Positions 24,371 through 37,598 of a stretch of DNA of 64,000 nt are shown one piece after another. The position numbers and the translations under genes are program-made. The notes beneath the pieces were generated by a model. It saw nothing but the letters and a program-made list of their open reading frames with translations. It had not been told where the DNA came from and made no database searches. Numbering within the stretch: position 1 is the stretch's first letter; every line of letters starts with the position of its first letter. This DNA is from Dicyema japonicum (lineage: Eukaryota; Animalia; Dicyemida), in the NCBI GenBank assembly GCA_011109175.1, contig RDEW01000024.1, forward strand, positions 427,199-491,198. The letters run 5' to 3'.

Positions 24371-27008
24371 TTAAGCAGTTAACATGTTTTTCAATTTCCT
24401 ATGAAATTCCTTCCTCTCTGTAGCATCCAATTCACTCAAATCTGACCTTACTATCAAGTCGTGCATATCTTTATACAAAAAGTATGGGAAGAGTCCCCCG
24501 CTTTCCATCACAGACGACAGGATATCCTACAATGAGGTCCACAGTCAACCGATTCTTTTATCAGGAGCATCGAATAGTATTTCTTGGATCTCTCCAGTCC
24601 CTCAGAGTGTCTTCTGAGTACACTATAAAACAGCTGTTGAAGGGCCAAGATATTCCTCTGCATCTTTGTGACCCCATTACTGTTTATCCTCACCATATAC
24701 GAACTTCCCCTGATCAACAAGTAAGCCACAACGTCGTCCAGGTCCTCGAAAAAGTGCCTAAACGTCTCTCCATCCAAAAATAGCTGTTCAAATTCATCAT
24801 TAACCATCAGCACGTGGTCAGCAAGGTTTAAGATGTTCAAATCGATCCCCATTTCATCTGTCAGACAGTCGTACAGAGACTTGGGTTTCCAAACAAGACA
24901 ACCTGCTTAGCCAAAGACGCCAGAGGCCTCATAACACACAGACGGAGGTGAAACCTCACAATCTCGCAGCATTGAACCCCAAAAGCAATCTCTTCGTTGA
25001 TGAATGCCTCAAATCCTGTCTTTAAGGAGGGATCGAGACCATACTAAGCCTTATTGGAAAGAGAACCTCTACTCTGGATAAAAAATCCTGAATCATCCCA
25101 GAGAGCCATTTCTGAGAGATTAAACCCACATGATACCGAACTGAATGACATTGAGGCGAGGAATCGGGTGATTTTGCTGTCTATTAGGGGGGTCGTGTCT
25201 GACTTGAGCAGATAATCCAGTTCTTCTAGGTTTAAGTGTGAGAAGAATCCACGTGATTTATTGGATTGGGCGGAGGAAGACTCACAACTATCCTCGAGAA
25301 TCGAACATTCTGATTTGAACAAATTTCTACTTTTTACGCAAATTTGACAGTTTTTTTGGAAGATTTGTAACAATTTCAGCAACAAATCGGCTAGTTTTCC
25401 TACGTGACTCTCCAAATGAATCAAGCAGTCTTCAACTTTCTGAATAATATTAAAGACACAGAGCACGTGCTCGAAATTAGAGAGCAAGGTACAGATTGTA
25501 GCAGATATTTGGGCAGTTTGTTGACATTCTGCACCTTTTTGTCCACCAAAACAGAAAGAACAGATATATCCCGGCTATACGAGACCACATGGGCCAGTAG
25601 TTCCTCGTAGAAGGACTTGATGAAGACCTCTTCCACAAAGGTGTACAATAACGACTCACAGAACTTGAAGTCCGTCTCAAAATATTTCTTGAGGACTTGG
25701 AGGACGGCTACAATCACCATAATCACCACCAATAACGTTGCCCGCCTGTGGCTTACAGACCAGTCTCAGTCTCCCGGATTCCGTGACGGCCTGATCTTCA
25801 ACATAGAGAGCTCCGGCCAGGAGGTTTCCTTTACTGGAGTGGACAAAAGAGTTCTCGTCAATTATGTGCTCCAAGTCAGAGAAAAGAGCCTTGTCGGGCT
25901 GCAGGTACATCAGAAGGATGTCTTGTAGCTAGGTATCTTAAAACATGACTGACCACGGTGGTTACGGTATTCCACACATGGCTGGACTCGTAGATTACAA
26001 GTTCACTCTTGGGGTCAGCCACGCAACCAACAAAAGACAAGAAAAAGTTGTGGGAGTAACCAACGGAAGTGAAATTCTTTGTAAGACGATCGAAGAAGGT
26101 TGAGAGAGTCTGCTGTTCTTCCGTGACAGAATTTGTGACCCTTTCCGCGATGGAGTACAGGTTCTCGACAATTCGAGTCCTCAAATCCTACTGTGAAAGG
26201 TCAAGGCTTACATAAAGGAGATCTGGCAGTCTTCCAAGCATGTTGACGGCGGAAATCAGGGATCCCAGAGCCCAGTAGTCAGGATCCACCTTGATGTCTC
26301 TGGAAGAGGCAGACTTGATATTCTCAACCAGAACAGGAATATCCACGTGGTATAATGATGGACAAACGAGGTAGATGATATTGTTTAACTGGGCCACTAC
26401 TTCCTCGTATATTCGCTACCATTTTAAGGTCAACTACCTGTTCTAAGGCTCCAATCTCCGTTTTGAGGGTGCTCAACGAAGTCAGAGTAGCCAGCTCATT
26501 GTCCAGACAGTTTTCTAAGTTTTAAAATCGGAGTACCAGCGTTTACCAAAGTAGAGCATGCGAGAACGAACTTTTCCTCTTCGAGATATTTTCGGGCCAT
26601 GGTGGGGGCGTTCTTGACTTTGGTTCTACGCTATAGACCCACCATTACAGCATATCGATGTAGTTGGCAATCTCTGTCTGCTCCAATTGGTCGTTCCACA
26701 GCTTCTTGAGATCGTTCCGTTTGCAATTCACCAGATTCTTGCAGGACTGTAGATTAGCTCGGATTGAGCTGATTTTTTGGCGGGAAACTTGGTTGAAATA
26801 GAATTTTACTTTTAAATTTCTCATTTACATCGAAAGTACTCACGAATAAATACTTGAGGTAATCCTCAGAGCCTGTTTGTTAGAATTAGGGGAAACCGGT
26901 TATTAATGAGTTTAATCGTTGATTTGAGGCGTTGAATTTATCGTGAAGTTCTTCCAGTTTAAGTGATATTTTTCCATGAGCATTAGTGTTTGTTACGTCG
27001 TTAACCAT
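24371..27008 (-). CDS. EXOC4: Exocyst complex component 4 (Sec8), about 778 aa
   Basis: SCKNLVNCKRNDLKKLW (Sec8 N-terminus), LVCKP, and RINSNGVTKMQRNILALQQ..KKYYSML (C-terminus). Thirteen GT-AG introns of 22-25 nt total 301 nt and leave 2337 nt = 779 codons. Confidence 0.93.
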
Positions 27009-28528
27009 TATGGATTTGAATTTATTTGAGTTTATAAATACTTTTAAAATTTAATTTTAATTATTTAATATTATACGATATTTTAATAAATAAATTTATT
27101 ATTTAGATAAAGCGGCATTTTTGGTATTCATAATTATTTATTACGTTTCTTCTCCAACGAATGGATGGAAGATACCGGCGAATGTGCAAAATACTTAAGA
27201 ATTCCAATTTCTTTTGGACCAGGTTCACTTATGTGTAAAAAATTACTATTATTAAAGCAACACACGTGAACCTATACCCGTGAGGCGTTAGAAACAATCA
27301 AACTAAGTAAGCGGTTCCACCTTTCACAGTTGTGTGCAACCTTTTCAAGTCGCCAAATGTTCTCCACATTCTATTTTTTGACGTACTTGAAATCGGCATC
27401 AATTATCCCAGGAAGTGTGACTCGTATATGTCACAGAAACGATCCCAGTCTCAACGAAGTACTCTTCCGTTGCTATATTACCTGGGATATTCATTTCCAA
27501 TCTCAATATATGTCGGAAGAGCCCCATCTAAAATCAGTGATCTTGAGACTCAAAGGACCATTGGAATACACATTATATAAAGCATTCTTGTTTATTTTAT
27601 TTTGTCAATTTAATTCTAACAATTTCCTTATTAGTCAACGATGAAAAGACTCTACCCGACTTTCTCAGCCTTGGGCATTGCCCACGTTGACAAATTATAT
27701 AATAGGACTGTTTAACAACGGCGCTGATAGCCTTAGCTGGATTATTTATTTGATCTCCTTCTGTCAATCCAGTTCTTTTTACTTTGTTTACTATAGTTTG
27801 CCAAATGGTTCTGTAATAAGTTTCGTACCAAAATCATGAGGTCCACTCGAAGGTCCATTCGGTTGAAAGTTCCATGCGTCTTTCCTACTAATTAAAATAG
27901 TGAGTTTTGCCTAAGCTGAGTTTTAAGTAATGTAAGTTTTATCTACTCTTTTTGGGAGGGCTGTGTATTTTAGCATAGCTGTAGAAAGGGTGTTTCTTCA
28001 AACAGACCTCACTGTCTTCAAGTAAGGAACCAAGTTTATTGGTCTTCCTTCATGGTTCATCCGATCTTTTTACAATTTTTATGATATCCACTACTTCCAT
28101 CGTTAGGTACTATTTCTTAAGTTCATTAGGAGCAACTTACAATAGGCGAAGAAGAGCTGTATATTTGTTGATTTAAATTAGGTNGATCAACATAATCTAA
28201 ATCACTTTGGGGGTAGTAAATTATGCAGTTTATTGTCACTTACCATTTATGGTGCGAGACGTAGTGAAGTGGCTACTGTGGTATCTAAATGCCATGTAAA
28301 TTATTAATTCTAACAATTTTAGTCTAAACGAAAGCTTGCGACTAAACCAGTAATGACGCCTATTATTGCTTATGGGCAGAGAGATCGATGCATTGTACAG
28401 TGACGAAGGAGAAATGATCAGAATTTTAGATGAAGATAAAGAAATTAAAACCATACATAGAAGCCGCGTCAAAAAGTTATGATAATTTTAATTCAGAATC
28501 CGGCCGAATAGTAAAGCTTCCTATGAGC

Positions 28529-28771
28529 AAAATACTAATTAAAAAATTACTTTATAAAGGGAGGGGAGAGAGCACGGAAATATGTTCTATTTTAATGCTG
28601 TTTCTCGGATCCAAGCCAATTGCCTTTGAGAATGACAGTTCCGACCCTCNAAAATACTAATTAAAAAATTAATTTATAAAGGGAGGGGAGAGAGCACGGA
28701 AATATGTTCTATTTTAATACTGTTTCTTGGATCCAAGGCAATTGCCTTTGAGAATGGCGGTTCCGACCCTC
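28529..28771. repeat. About 120-bp tandem duplication joined at an N
   Basis: 28529-28649 and 28651-28771 are near-identical, with an N at 28650. Confidence 0.85.
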
Positions 28772-29399
28772 TGAGAATTAAAAAAATTAAAATGATATTT
28801 TTTAATAAATTTTATTTCTAAAAATAGTTTTGTCAACCATTTTTCGTGAATTTTTAAATAAAATGAAAAAACGCTACATTCAATCAATAATTTTGAAGCG
28901 ATCTGGATTGCAGAAAATCATGTAAAAAACTTCAGAAATGTAATTTTTATTAACAATTATTAGTATTTTTAAGAACCTCGCAGCTCTGGACTTGAAATAA
29001 TATTTTTAATTAATAAAAACTGACTCTCGGGCTGACTCCAGCCAACAATAAGCCTCTTCCCTAAAAAGTTGTAAATACTTCGCCTGGTATGCCACTTGTG
29101 TTGATAGCCTCACTTCCTCCGACCTTGCAATGACTGCAACTAACCAAGGATATGCTTCAGATAACACAGCATAACAATATTGAAGACATATTTTCCATTA
29201 TTTAAGGAATCTTAGATTGATGACATTCGACGCTCAAAAGTGAAAAATAAATTTCAAATTTTTTGCCATTTTTAATTCATTCAGTTTTGGAATTTCGAGA
29301 CACATAATTATGCGTATATATGCCTCTCTAATCTTCATCAAGCTGAGACGCTAAAGAAAAAAATATTAATGTCTCGGTAAGTTCATCTGTGAGCCAGTC

Positions 29400-30110
29400 G
29401 CTATGGAAACATCAGGCCTCATAGGAATCACTAATTATGCTGAGCCGTATATGTTAACTATATTTCTAAACATTATTTCTTGCGTAGTACTAATGTCGAT
29501 CAAGGAAAGTTCCCTATTCCTTTCATGCCTACCAATTTTAGACTCCCACCTTCACATTCCAGTCTCCTGCAACGAGCAGCCGATGGGTAGATCGAAGTTC
29601 CGTCATTGTTCTCCCCAATTCCTCGTAGAAATGGTCAAGTTCTTCATAATTCCTCATAACACCCCCACTGTGTGGTGCATAGACATTTATGATTGTAGTT
29701 AGCCTCCTTGACTTTATTGGGTTCTATTGTATTACATAGATCCTGTCGTTATCTTTCCAGTATTTGTAAAAAAAAAGGGACAGCGTCCTCATAGCAAATC
29801 CTTGACCATAGTATCTTGCATCCGAGAAAAGCATCATGAACGCACAGTTTCTATGCTCCTCGAACAATCCGTCTGTCATCTACATTTCCTGCAGGCAGCA
29901 TACCGATACGCCATATTTTTGAATGCCTGAAGAAGAGTTGGTCTCTCTGTCACATCTTTAAGTCATCTAGTGTTGAAGGTTAGTTAGTTCTTTTCTGAAT
30001 TCTCAAACGCCTTTTAGAAATGTGCTTAACGTGGTCTTATGGCTCACTCGAATAAGTGTCACCATTCCGGAAAGGAACTAAAAGCCATCAACTTTTCCCC
30101 ACCACTTGGG
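29400..30110 (-). mobile_element. RTE LINE AP-endonuclease fragment
   Basis: CLQEM, YYGQGFA and NVYAPHSG motifs. Confidence 0.6.
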
Positions 30111-30171
30111 TTTCCGTAACCTAATAAATAATGTCACCACCTCAACCAAAAAGTATGGTAAAAATTAAATA

Positions 30172-31559
30172 CAGTAAACTATCTAAAATTTGTCAATTCT
30201 TAAAATTGCCATTTCTCAGATTTGCCATTTTTTAAATATTCTAATTTTAGTGAAAATTTGCCAATTCCGAAATTTGCCAGAATTTTTTAAAGTTTTTAAT
30301 AAAAATTACTAAAAAATTAAAACAATAAAACATTATTCTAGTTGTGATTCTAGTGGTCGATATAAAAGATTCGCTATCAAATAAAAAGTGTAAATATTGC
30401 GTTATAAGGACGACAACAACTTATTATCATGCCAAAGAATTGCCAACAAATTTTCCTTTTTGTTTATAGTGATCATTTGCCGGAGGACAGTTAACGTTCT
30501 CTTAAAAATTCGTGACAATTCAAAACTAAAAATTCTTCAACAAAAACAATCAAAAGTTAAAGTTCCCGAAACTAGATGAAAAACTTATTGAGTGGATGGA
30601 TTCGATGGAATCAAAAGGTATTCTTAATGTTTTTAATTTTTAGGTGCATTGTTTGACACGGAGGATACAAGATCTTCAAAAATAGAGCATCTGTTATGTT
30701 ATGCACAAATATGTCTGGAAATCATAAATTAAAGCCTTTATTGATTGGAAAATCAAAAATGCCAAAATGTTTTCTAAAAAATGTGATTATCGGTGTTTTG
30801 TTTTGTATTACAGTCCAAAAGAGCGTGGATGACCGGATTTATTTTTATTTTACTCATTGCTTGCCATCGAATTTGGCAAATATTAAAATACTGAATAATT
30901 CAGCTAATGGATTTTGGAGTTATTATAACAATCAAAGTCCACTTTAATAGATACAAATTGGAGTACCTTTCTCGATTATCGGAAAAAGAAGACATGGCCT
31001 GGGAAGATGTATCCCCTAAAACAATCAAAAATTGTTTTCAAATTCTAAAAAAATCTGGTATTAGCACACTTTTAGTAAATGTGAACATAAGAAATTTTAT
31101 CTAATACGGATATTCACGATCCAGTTGAAATCGAAGAATTTATGTCATACATTATTCTGAAAAAATGCAATAGATGAAAAAGATGATAATGAGATACTCA
31201 TCCACGAAGAAACTACTGAAATGAAACCCGTAAAAAATGAAGTAGCATCCATTTTAAGCGAAATTGGAATAGATCTTTTTGAGAACGTTGAAAACGAAAA
31301 GATTTCGTCCTAATTACATCTATTAGAAGATTTAATGCAATTAACAGAAATATAAAATGAAAGCAAATGGGAATTGAATTTTATTTCGATAAAATTTAAT
31401 ACTTCACTTTTTAAATAATTTTTTCGTAATAAAATCAAATTTAGTCATTTTCATCGTTGAGAAGTTCCCCAATAACTATCATAAAAATATTGATTAAATT
31501 CTGAAATTTTCCGCAAAAAATGCTGGAACTAAAAATGGCAAATTTGGGAGAGTTTACTG
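30172..31559 (+). mobile_element. pogo/Tigger transposon, internally deleted
   Basis: TIRs cagtaaact.tc..aaatttg with TA TSD; KFPKLDEKLIEWMD (CENP-B HTH), MLCTNMSGNHKLKPLLIGKSK, MDFGVI and AWEDVSPKTIKNCF (DDE_1); 26-nt GT-AG intron at about 30618-30643. Confidence 0.88.
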
Positions 31560-31799
31560 TATTCACTTTTTAACTAAAAAATACAATATATTAATTTTGT
31601 TGCTTGAAAGTAGCTGTCTTTCAAAAAGAACCAAGAATATTTTATTTTAAAAAATTCAAATAACGCACGCTACTGTTGTGGCTGAGGTGGTGACGTCCCT
31701 CAATTGTACGAATGTCTAAATCACACCCTGAAGAAATTGTACTCATTGTGGTACTGAAGAGAAAAGGAGAGAAAGAAAAATAATCAAAAGGATGTAGCA

Positions 31800-34210
31800 A
31801 ACTGAAAAAAAGATGAGATCTGCAAAAATGCACATAATGAACACAAGATAACGGATGATCCACTTCATGGCCTGTACACGTCTTGTGTTGGAATGACTAA
31901 CCTCACTGTATTTCAATTGGAAGTGCCAGTCATGCCTCCTACCAGATAGCACGACATCCTTGGCTCTACACTACCCTTCTGATCATGTTACACTGGATCA
32001 TCAGGAAGTACTTGAATTGAATTCAAAACTGACACACACACGAAGACTACTGATCAGGATCTCCAAAACTTCCCGTGTATCTGTCGCAGACTGCCTATGC
32101 GAGTGTATTGAAAGGGCAGTCTCTTTGGACGACTCTGAGGATTGAGCAAGATTACTTTGCTTCGCTCCATTCACACTATGCATACCCCATAGAAGGGGAA
32201 AGAAGAGAAATTACTCACGTCAATAGTAAAAGAACATTCTCTTCCGAAAAAAATCACCTACAGATTCCAAAACTATGAAAGCAAACGTCGACTATCTCGG
32301 ACACACAAAGATTATGGAGAGTAATCCGTCGAAAGCTTTTTGAAGTGGAATTTGTGTTGTCGTGAGGATTCTTGTAGATCAGAAACGTATAATTGAGCCT
32401 TCCGAACAGTCTACGCACCACTTGTTAGCGACACCCAATTCCCCCAACGACCATCTGATTCCAACTTGCCCAGGACAATTACCTATTCTACTTGTTTTGA
32501 AGAGGACGTAAAAGATGGGATTCTCTCTTTCGTCCCGAGCAGCAATGGAGGACTTGATGGGGTCCGTCCGAGGCTCCTCAAATATCTCATTGCTCAGAAC
32601 ACGGGCAACTCTGGCGTCTGGTTTTTGTTGGCCATCACTAAACCAATAACAGGATGCTTTCGGGGACAATAACGATTCGACACGTCTCCGGCGGCTGTAA
32701 GCAGCAGTTCATGCAGTCCGTACATTAACTGAAAAGAACGAGAATATCCGCCATGTAATCATCAAAATTGATATTAAAGACGCCTTCAACACGACACAGC
32801 GTGATACAATTCTGGAGGATTGATTTACATTCTCCCATAAGTGTACAACTGTGTTCATAGCTCATATGGAAAACCTTCCAGTCTGGTCCACGGTCAATAC
32901 TTCATTCAATCGTCTCTGGAGTCCAACAAGGAGACCCACTTGGCCCTGCCTTGTTCAGCCTGGGAATTGCCCATATCACTGGATATTGTTCTACTCCTCT
33001 GAGGTATTCTATTTTGATGATTACACCATGGGCGGTCATCCGAAGGATGTGCTGGATTGTTTGAAAAGTCTGATAGTTTAAATGGAATCCCCTAAAACTT
33101 CGAAATGTTGTCACCAATTTTGGATTTTAGTAGCCCTAACGGGACTCGATCTTTCGATGTTCAGGAGATCATTCCAAAAGTAACAGAAACCAAAGACGAA
33201 CAACTGAAAATATTTGGATGGCCTCTTACAGAAACTGGAATCAGTAACACTCTCAGTGCAAAAGAACAGCAACTAAAAACAACATTCAAACGTCTGGAGA
33301 TGTTTGACGCACATACCTCTCTATTCCTGCTGAGAAACGCCTTATCAGCACAAAAATTAAACTAATTTCTTCGGGGCACCCTGTTGACTGAAAATGCAAC
33401 AGTTCGATACTATCGATTCCCTCTTTGGGCAACAGTTCGATACTATCGATTATACATCACAAATGTTAAGTTTGACGACCGAGGGTGAGACCAAGCGACC
33501 TTGCCCGTTAGCTTGGGTGGACTGGGAATACTCTCACGAAAGGATTTGGCGCGACCGCGTATCTCTTCTGCTTTGCTCTACTGGACTGCTGATCATGATG
33601 ATTCTCCTAACAGAATCGTTAGAAATCTCAGATATGGAGCATTTGAAAGTGAACATGCCTTATCAGAAAGACCGTTACATATTTATTTGCAAAGATAAAT
33701 ATGAGAGTCTTCTGAACCAATCAAACCAACACCGACGTACTTGTCTAATCACTGGAAGATGCGAATGGTGTGGCGCTTGGATCAATGCCTTCCCCGTTGG
33801 TAGCGTCGGGAGCCACCGGTATCTCCATCAGACTTGGACTAGAGATTTGCCAGAATCATAAGTGCCGGTGTGGTGTTCCTGTCGACTGTTATGGACATCA
33901 TGCTTTTTCTTGTCGAAGAAGTGTAGGACGATTCCCAAGATACAAGGCGATCACCAGAATTTTTATGCGAGCTTTGAATCTGCTGGTTACCCCTCCATAC
34001 TTGAACCTGTTGTTTGGAAAGAGGAAACGGAAAACGAATCACAATTTTTCTATTCGAGGAGAGGAAACCTTTGGTATGGAATGCTACGTGCGTCGACCCC
34101 CTTTGCCCATCCAACATTAACGTCATTTGGCTATCTGTTTTTCAAATAGTTGAACAAATATATAGTAAATTGTCTGATGTTACCACGTGCTCACTTATTG
34201 CCAGTTAGAT
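31800..34210 (+). mobile_element. CRE-clade non-LTR retrotransposon, near full length, decayed
   Basis: GGLDGVRP, KIDIKDAFN, GVQQGDPLGP, YFDD, LPVSLGGLG, CRCG..GHHAFSC and LEP..LVWNATCVD (RT, CCHC and RLE). Confidence 0.9.
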
Positions 34211-35232
34211 AATTAAAGTCGCTACTAACAGGGATAAGGTCATAACTGATCCTGGATCAAAATAATAAACAACATAGTATCCACCAGTGTCCATTGGGAT
34301 AGCAAAGTACTGTGTTCTTGACCTCCTTGGATCAGTTCCCTAGAATCCAATGAGTGTCAGTTTGAAACTTGCTAGTCTACAGAATTCATCGCTGCATCGA
34401 GAAGTTTTGCCACCCACGAGAAGTTTTTTCATAAAGAACTGTATCCATGTGCAGATGCTCACAGACAAATGTTCTTCTGATTCTATACTAAATGCTTCGA
34501 CAGAAGATATACATTAGATAGTCAGAATGTAAACTTCCAATTGATATGGGTGGTCTTGGTCTACAGACAGAGGCGGATAATGCACCTCCCAAATATTTGT
34601 CTTGATCTGTTTCAAGATACGGCATTTTTGCTGATAACTTTATTGGACGGAAATCTCTGAACTATGCAACGTTTTAGCACGTGTTTAAGTTAGTTTTTAA
34701 GTTTTATCATAAAAAAGTTGCATACAATTAAACAATTTATTTTTAACGGAAAATTTTTGTCATTTACTAAGCAGAACGACAAAAAATATTGTAAGTCTAA
34801 AAAATAGTGGATTCTAGTGGATTTGTTATATGTTTTTCGAGATTGTATTTTACACGTGTTCAAAAAATATTCATTAAACTAGAAAGTAATTACCCCCCAA
34901 CCAGTGATAGATTTATAATAGTAATGCACCTTACGAAGAATCATATTAGCTATAACTCCTCCCAGGGAGGACACGATTTATTTTAAGTAGACAACAGTTA
35001 TCATAACTAATCGATGAGGAAGAACCTAGGAAGAGCATCACTTCTTTTTGTTGTTGTGAGTCTTTTATAAAAGATCTAGTTCCGCAGTGAAATGTTCACT
35101 GATGAAGGCGTCACTCGTCAAGTCATCGTAGACACGTGGAACGTAGATAGATTGACCTACCAGGTGGTAACTCTTAATCTGAATTAATTAATATTATTAA
35201 GAACATTCAAAAATTAATAATATTATTTTGTT

Positions 35233-35755
35233 TTTTTAAAGACAGTTTCGTTCTGCGGGATACCCAGCCATACTAGAACCTGTTGGTCTGGACAGAGGAG
35301 ACGGAAAACGTCCCGACGGGATCACAATTTTCCCATTCGAAGAGGGGAAACCTTTGGTCTGGGACGCTACTTGTGTCGACACGCTTTGCCCGTCCAACAT
35401 TGTCGGGAGCGCGGTAGACACACTGTATTCCGCGGAAAAAACGATGATGGCAAAGGAGAAGAAGTACGAAGCGCTACGCGACCGATTCGCGTTTTATCCG
35501 ATAGTGGTCGAGACAACTGGAGGAATAAGTGGAAAATCGCTTCGCTTCCTAAAGAAACTTGGACGCTTAGCTACACTAAAAAGCCACGACGCACGTGAGA
35601 CCCGGTGGCTACTCCAGTTGATCTCTGTTGCAATCGTGAGAGGCAACGCAACGTCGATAATGTCGGCGGGGTCCACTTTGGATGGATGGGCAGTTTTAAA
35701 TATGCTTTACTGGGGATAAATTAACTGATTATTTTATTTGTTTCTTAATAATAAT
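35233..35755 (+). mobile_element. CRE restriction-like endonuclease 3' end, open frame
   Basis: LEPVGLDRGDGKRPDGITIFPF..LVWDATCVDT..KEKKY..VETTGG..ISVAIVRGNA, uninterrupted. Confidence 0.9.
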
Positions 35756-36169
35756 TTGTTTCGTTAATTTATTTTAAAATCTCTGGTTTCCAATGCCTCC
35801 CGAGTCACAAAATATGGGAACGGGGAGTTATATCCATGACAAAACCATTAAGTGAGCTATATCATAGTGGACATAGTACCAGCCTAACCATTCGACCTAC
35901 CAGTTTAACTGGTCTTAGTGGAAATCTAATTAGTCTTCAGATTTTCAGAGCATTTAATAATAAAATAAAATTTAGTCAAACGACGCTGTAAGATATGATA
36001 GTGTTCTAATTTATCGAATCTCTAATTTTTCAACATCAACGATTAAGAAAACTTGAAAATTTTATTTATTTTAATAATATTTTTATTTATTTTCGAAAAC
36101 AAAAATTACCTATTAAACCACGGACCCTGAAACGTTCCTACACCTTATCTCTAATAATTATCTCGCTTA

Positions 36170-36830
36170 TTCAGTTTTGCGCCTTCTGCACTGGGACTTG
36201 ATCGAGATGGTCACGGAAAAGAGTCTATCGTTACCACTATGATGACCAACATTCGTTCTTTTTTGGGAAATATCGATAAGAAGGGAGGTGGAATACGACC
36301 CGTTGCGGTCGGATTTGTCTTCAGAAGAGTTGCTGCTAAAATTGCCTCCAGACATTCTATTCCACTCGTCAGAAAATTCTTGAACCCCCCTCAAGTAGGC
36401 GTCGGTATTCGATTGGGATGCGAGGCCGCTGTCCATTCAGTGAGGACATTCATAAACCGCAGTATAGAAGATTTCCGGGGACATGTCCTGGTCAAACTGG
36501 ACATCAAGAACGCCTTCAATAATCTAAGGAGACAATATCTTGGAGGCGTGTGTTGATCGATGTCCTAATATTTTCGAATTTGTGAATCTTTCATACAGCT
36601 ACTTCATCCTTACTTTTCGGGGACTACCTAATCTATCCGTATTCTGGAGTGCAACAGGGAGATCCCCTTAGACCCATATTGTTTTGTCTTGCAATAGAGA
36701 AAATCACCAAACTTCCGCGCTCGCCCCTCAACCTATGGTATCTGGATGATGCGGTCCTCGGAGGACCCCTATTTTCCGTGATTTGGAAGTGATAATTCCA
36801 GCACTGTGGGAAACAAAAATTAATCAAAAA
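36170..36830 (+). mobile_element. CRE RT fragment
   Basis: KKGGGIRPVAVG, QVGVG..GCEAAVH, KLDIKNAFN, GVQQGDPL and WYLDD. Confidence 0.9.
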
Positions 36831-37292
36831 TGGTCCCCACCGACATAATCGACGTAATAATCCAACTAAAATCTGTTGAAATCTTTAACTTGTCGTTTGT
36901 TCCATCCATTATCAAAATATCTACAATCACACAAAAAGTTAGCCGATGTCATGTCCGATGAGAAGAGTAGTATAGTACTATCGTGTCGGACTCGTCCTCT
37001 TCCTTGTCCGTCTGTGATCAATAGTTAGGTGATTTCTTTCTCTTATTCAGTGATCCTGCGGTAATAATAATAAATTCTACTAATTCTCGTATTCTCAGAA
37101 TGAAACAAAAATTGTGATGTTTAGTAAAGGAAATGGTTGCTTCCAGTGATGACTGTAATCCAGCGTAGATGTGAAATTTATATCAGGCCAGGACGAAAGA
37201 AAAAATGACCTATCATGCTTTTTTCAGAGACGGTAATGTGTCTATTTTTAATGTAAGTTTATAATATGAGATATTAAGTAGACACATAGAGG

Positions 37293-37492
37293 CAGGGGCG
37301 TGCCTAGAGGGAAGCCATAGGGGCACCACCCCGGGCAGCACGCTGTAGGGGCCAGCTGCCAACAACCAATTATTTATTAATTCTGATTAACAACATCTAT
37401 AATGTATTTAGTCCCAATTTTTTAAGTTAGTTATAAGAGGCATCATTATCCTACACTTGCCCCTGACAACAGAAAGCTTTGGCATGCCCCTG
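37293..37492. mobile_element. hAT-superfamily MITE, 200 bp
   Basis: TIR caggggcgtgcc / ggcatgcccctg; perfect 8-bp TSD catagagg at 37285-37292 and 37493-37500. Confidence 0.9.
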
Positions 37493-37598
37493 CATAGAGG
37501 TCTCTATGTGTAGATGCTTAAATAATAATATTTTATAACAAAAAATAAAATACTCAATTTTAAGATAATAAAGAAAAAAGTGTTCAATATTTATACAA

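Noticed and set aside
28529-28771. 120-bp tandem repeat
   Set aside because: The copies meet exactly at an N, so this is most likely a contig-join or haplotype-overlap artefact.
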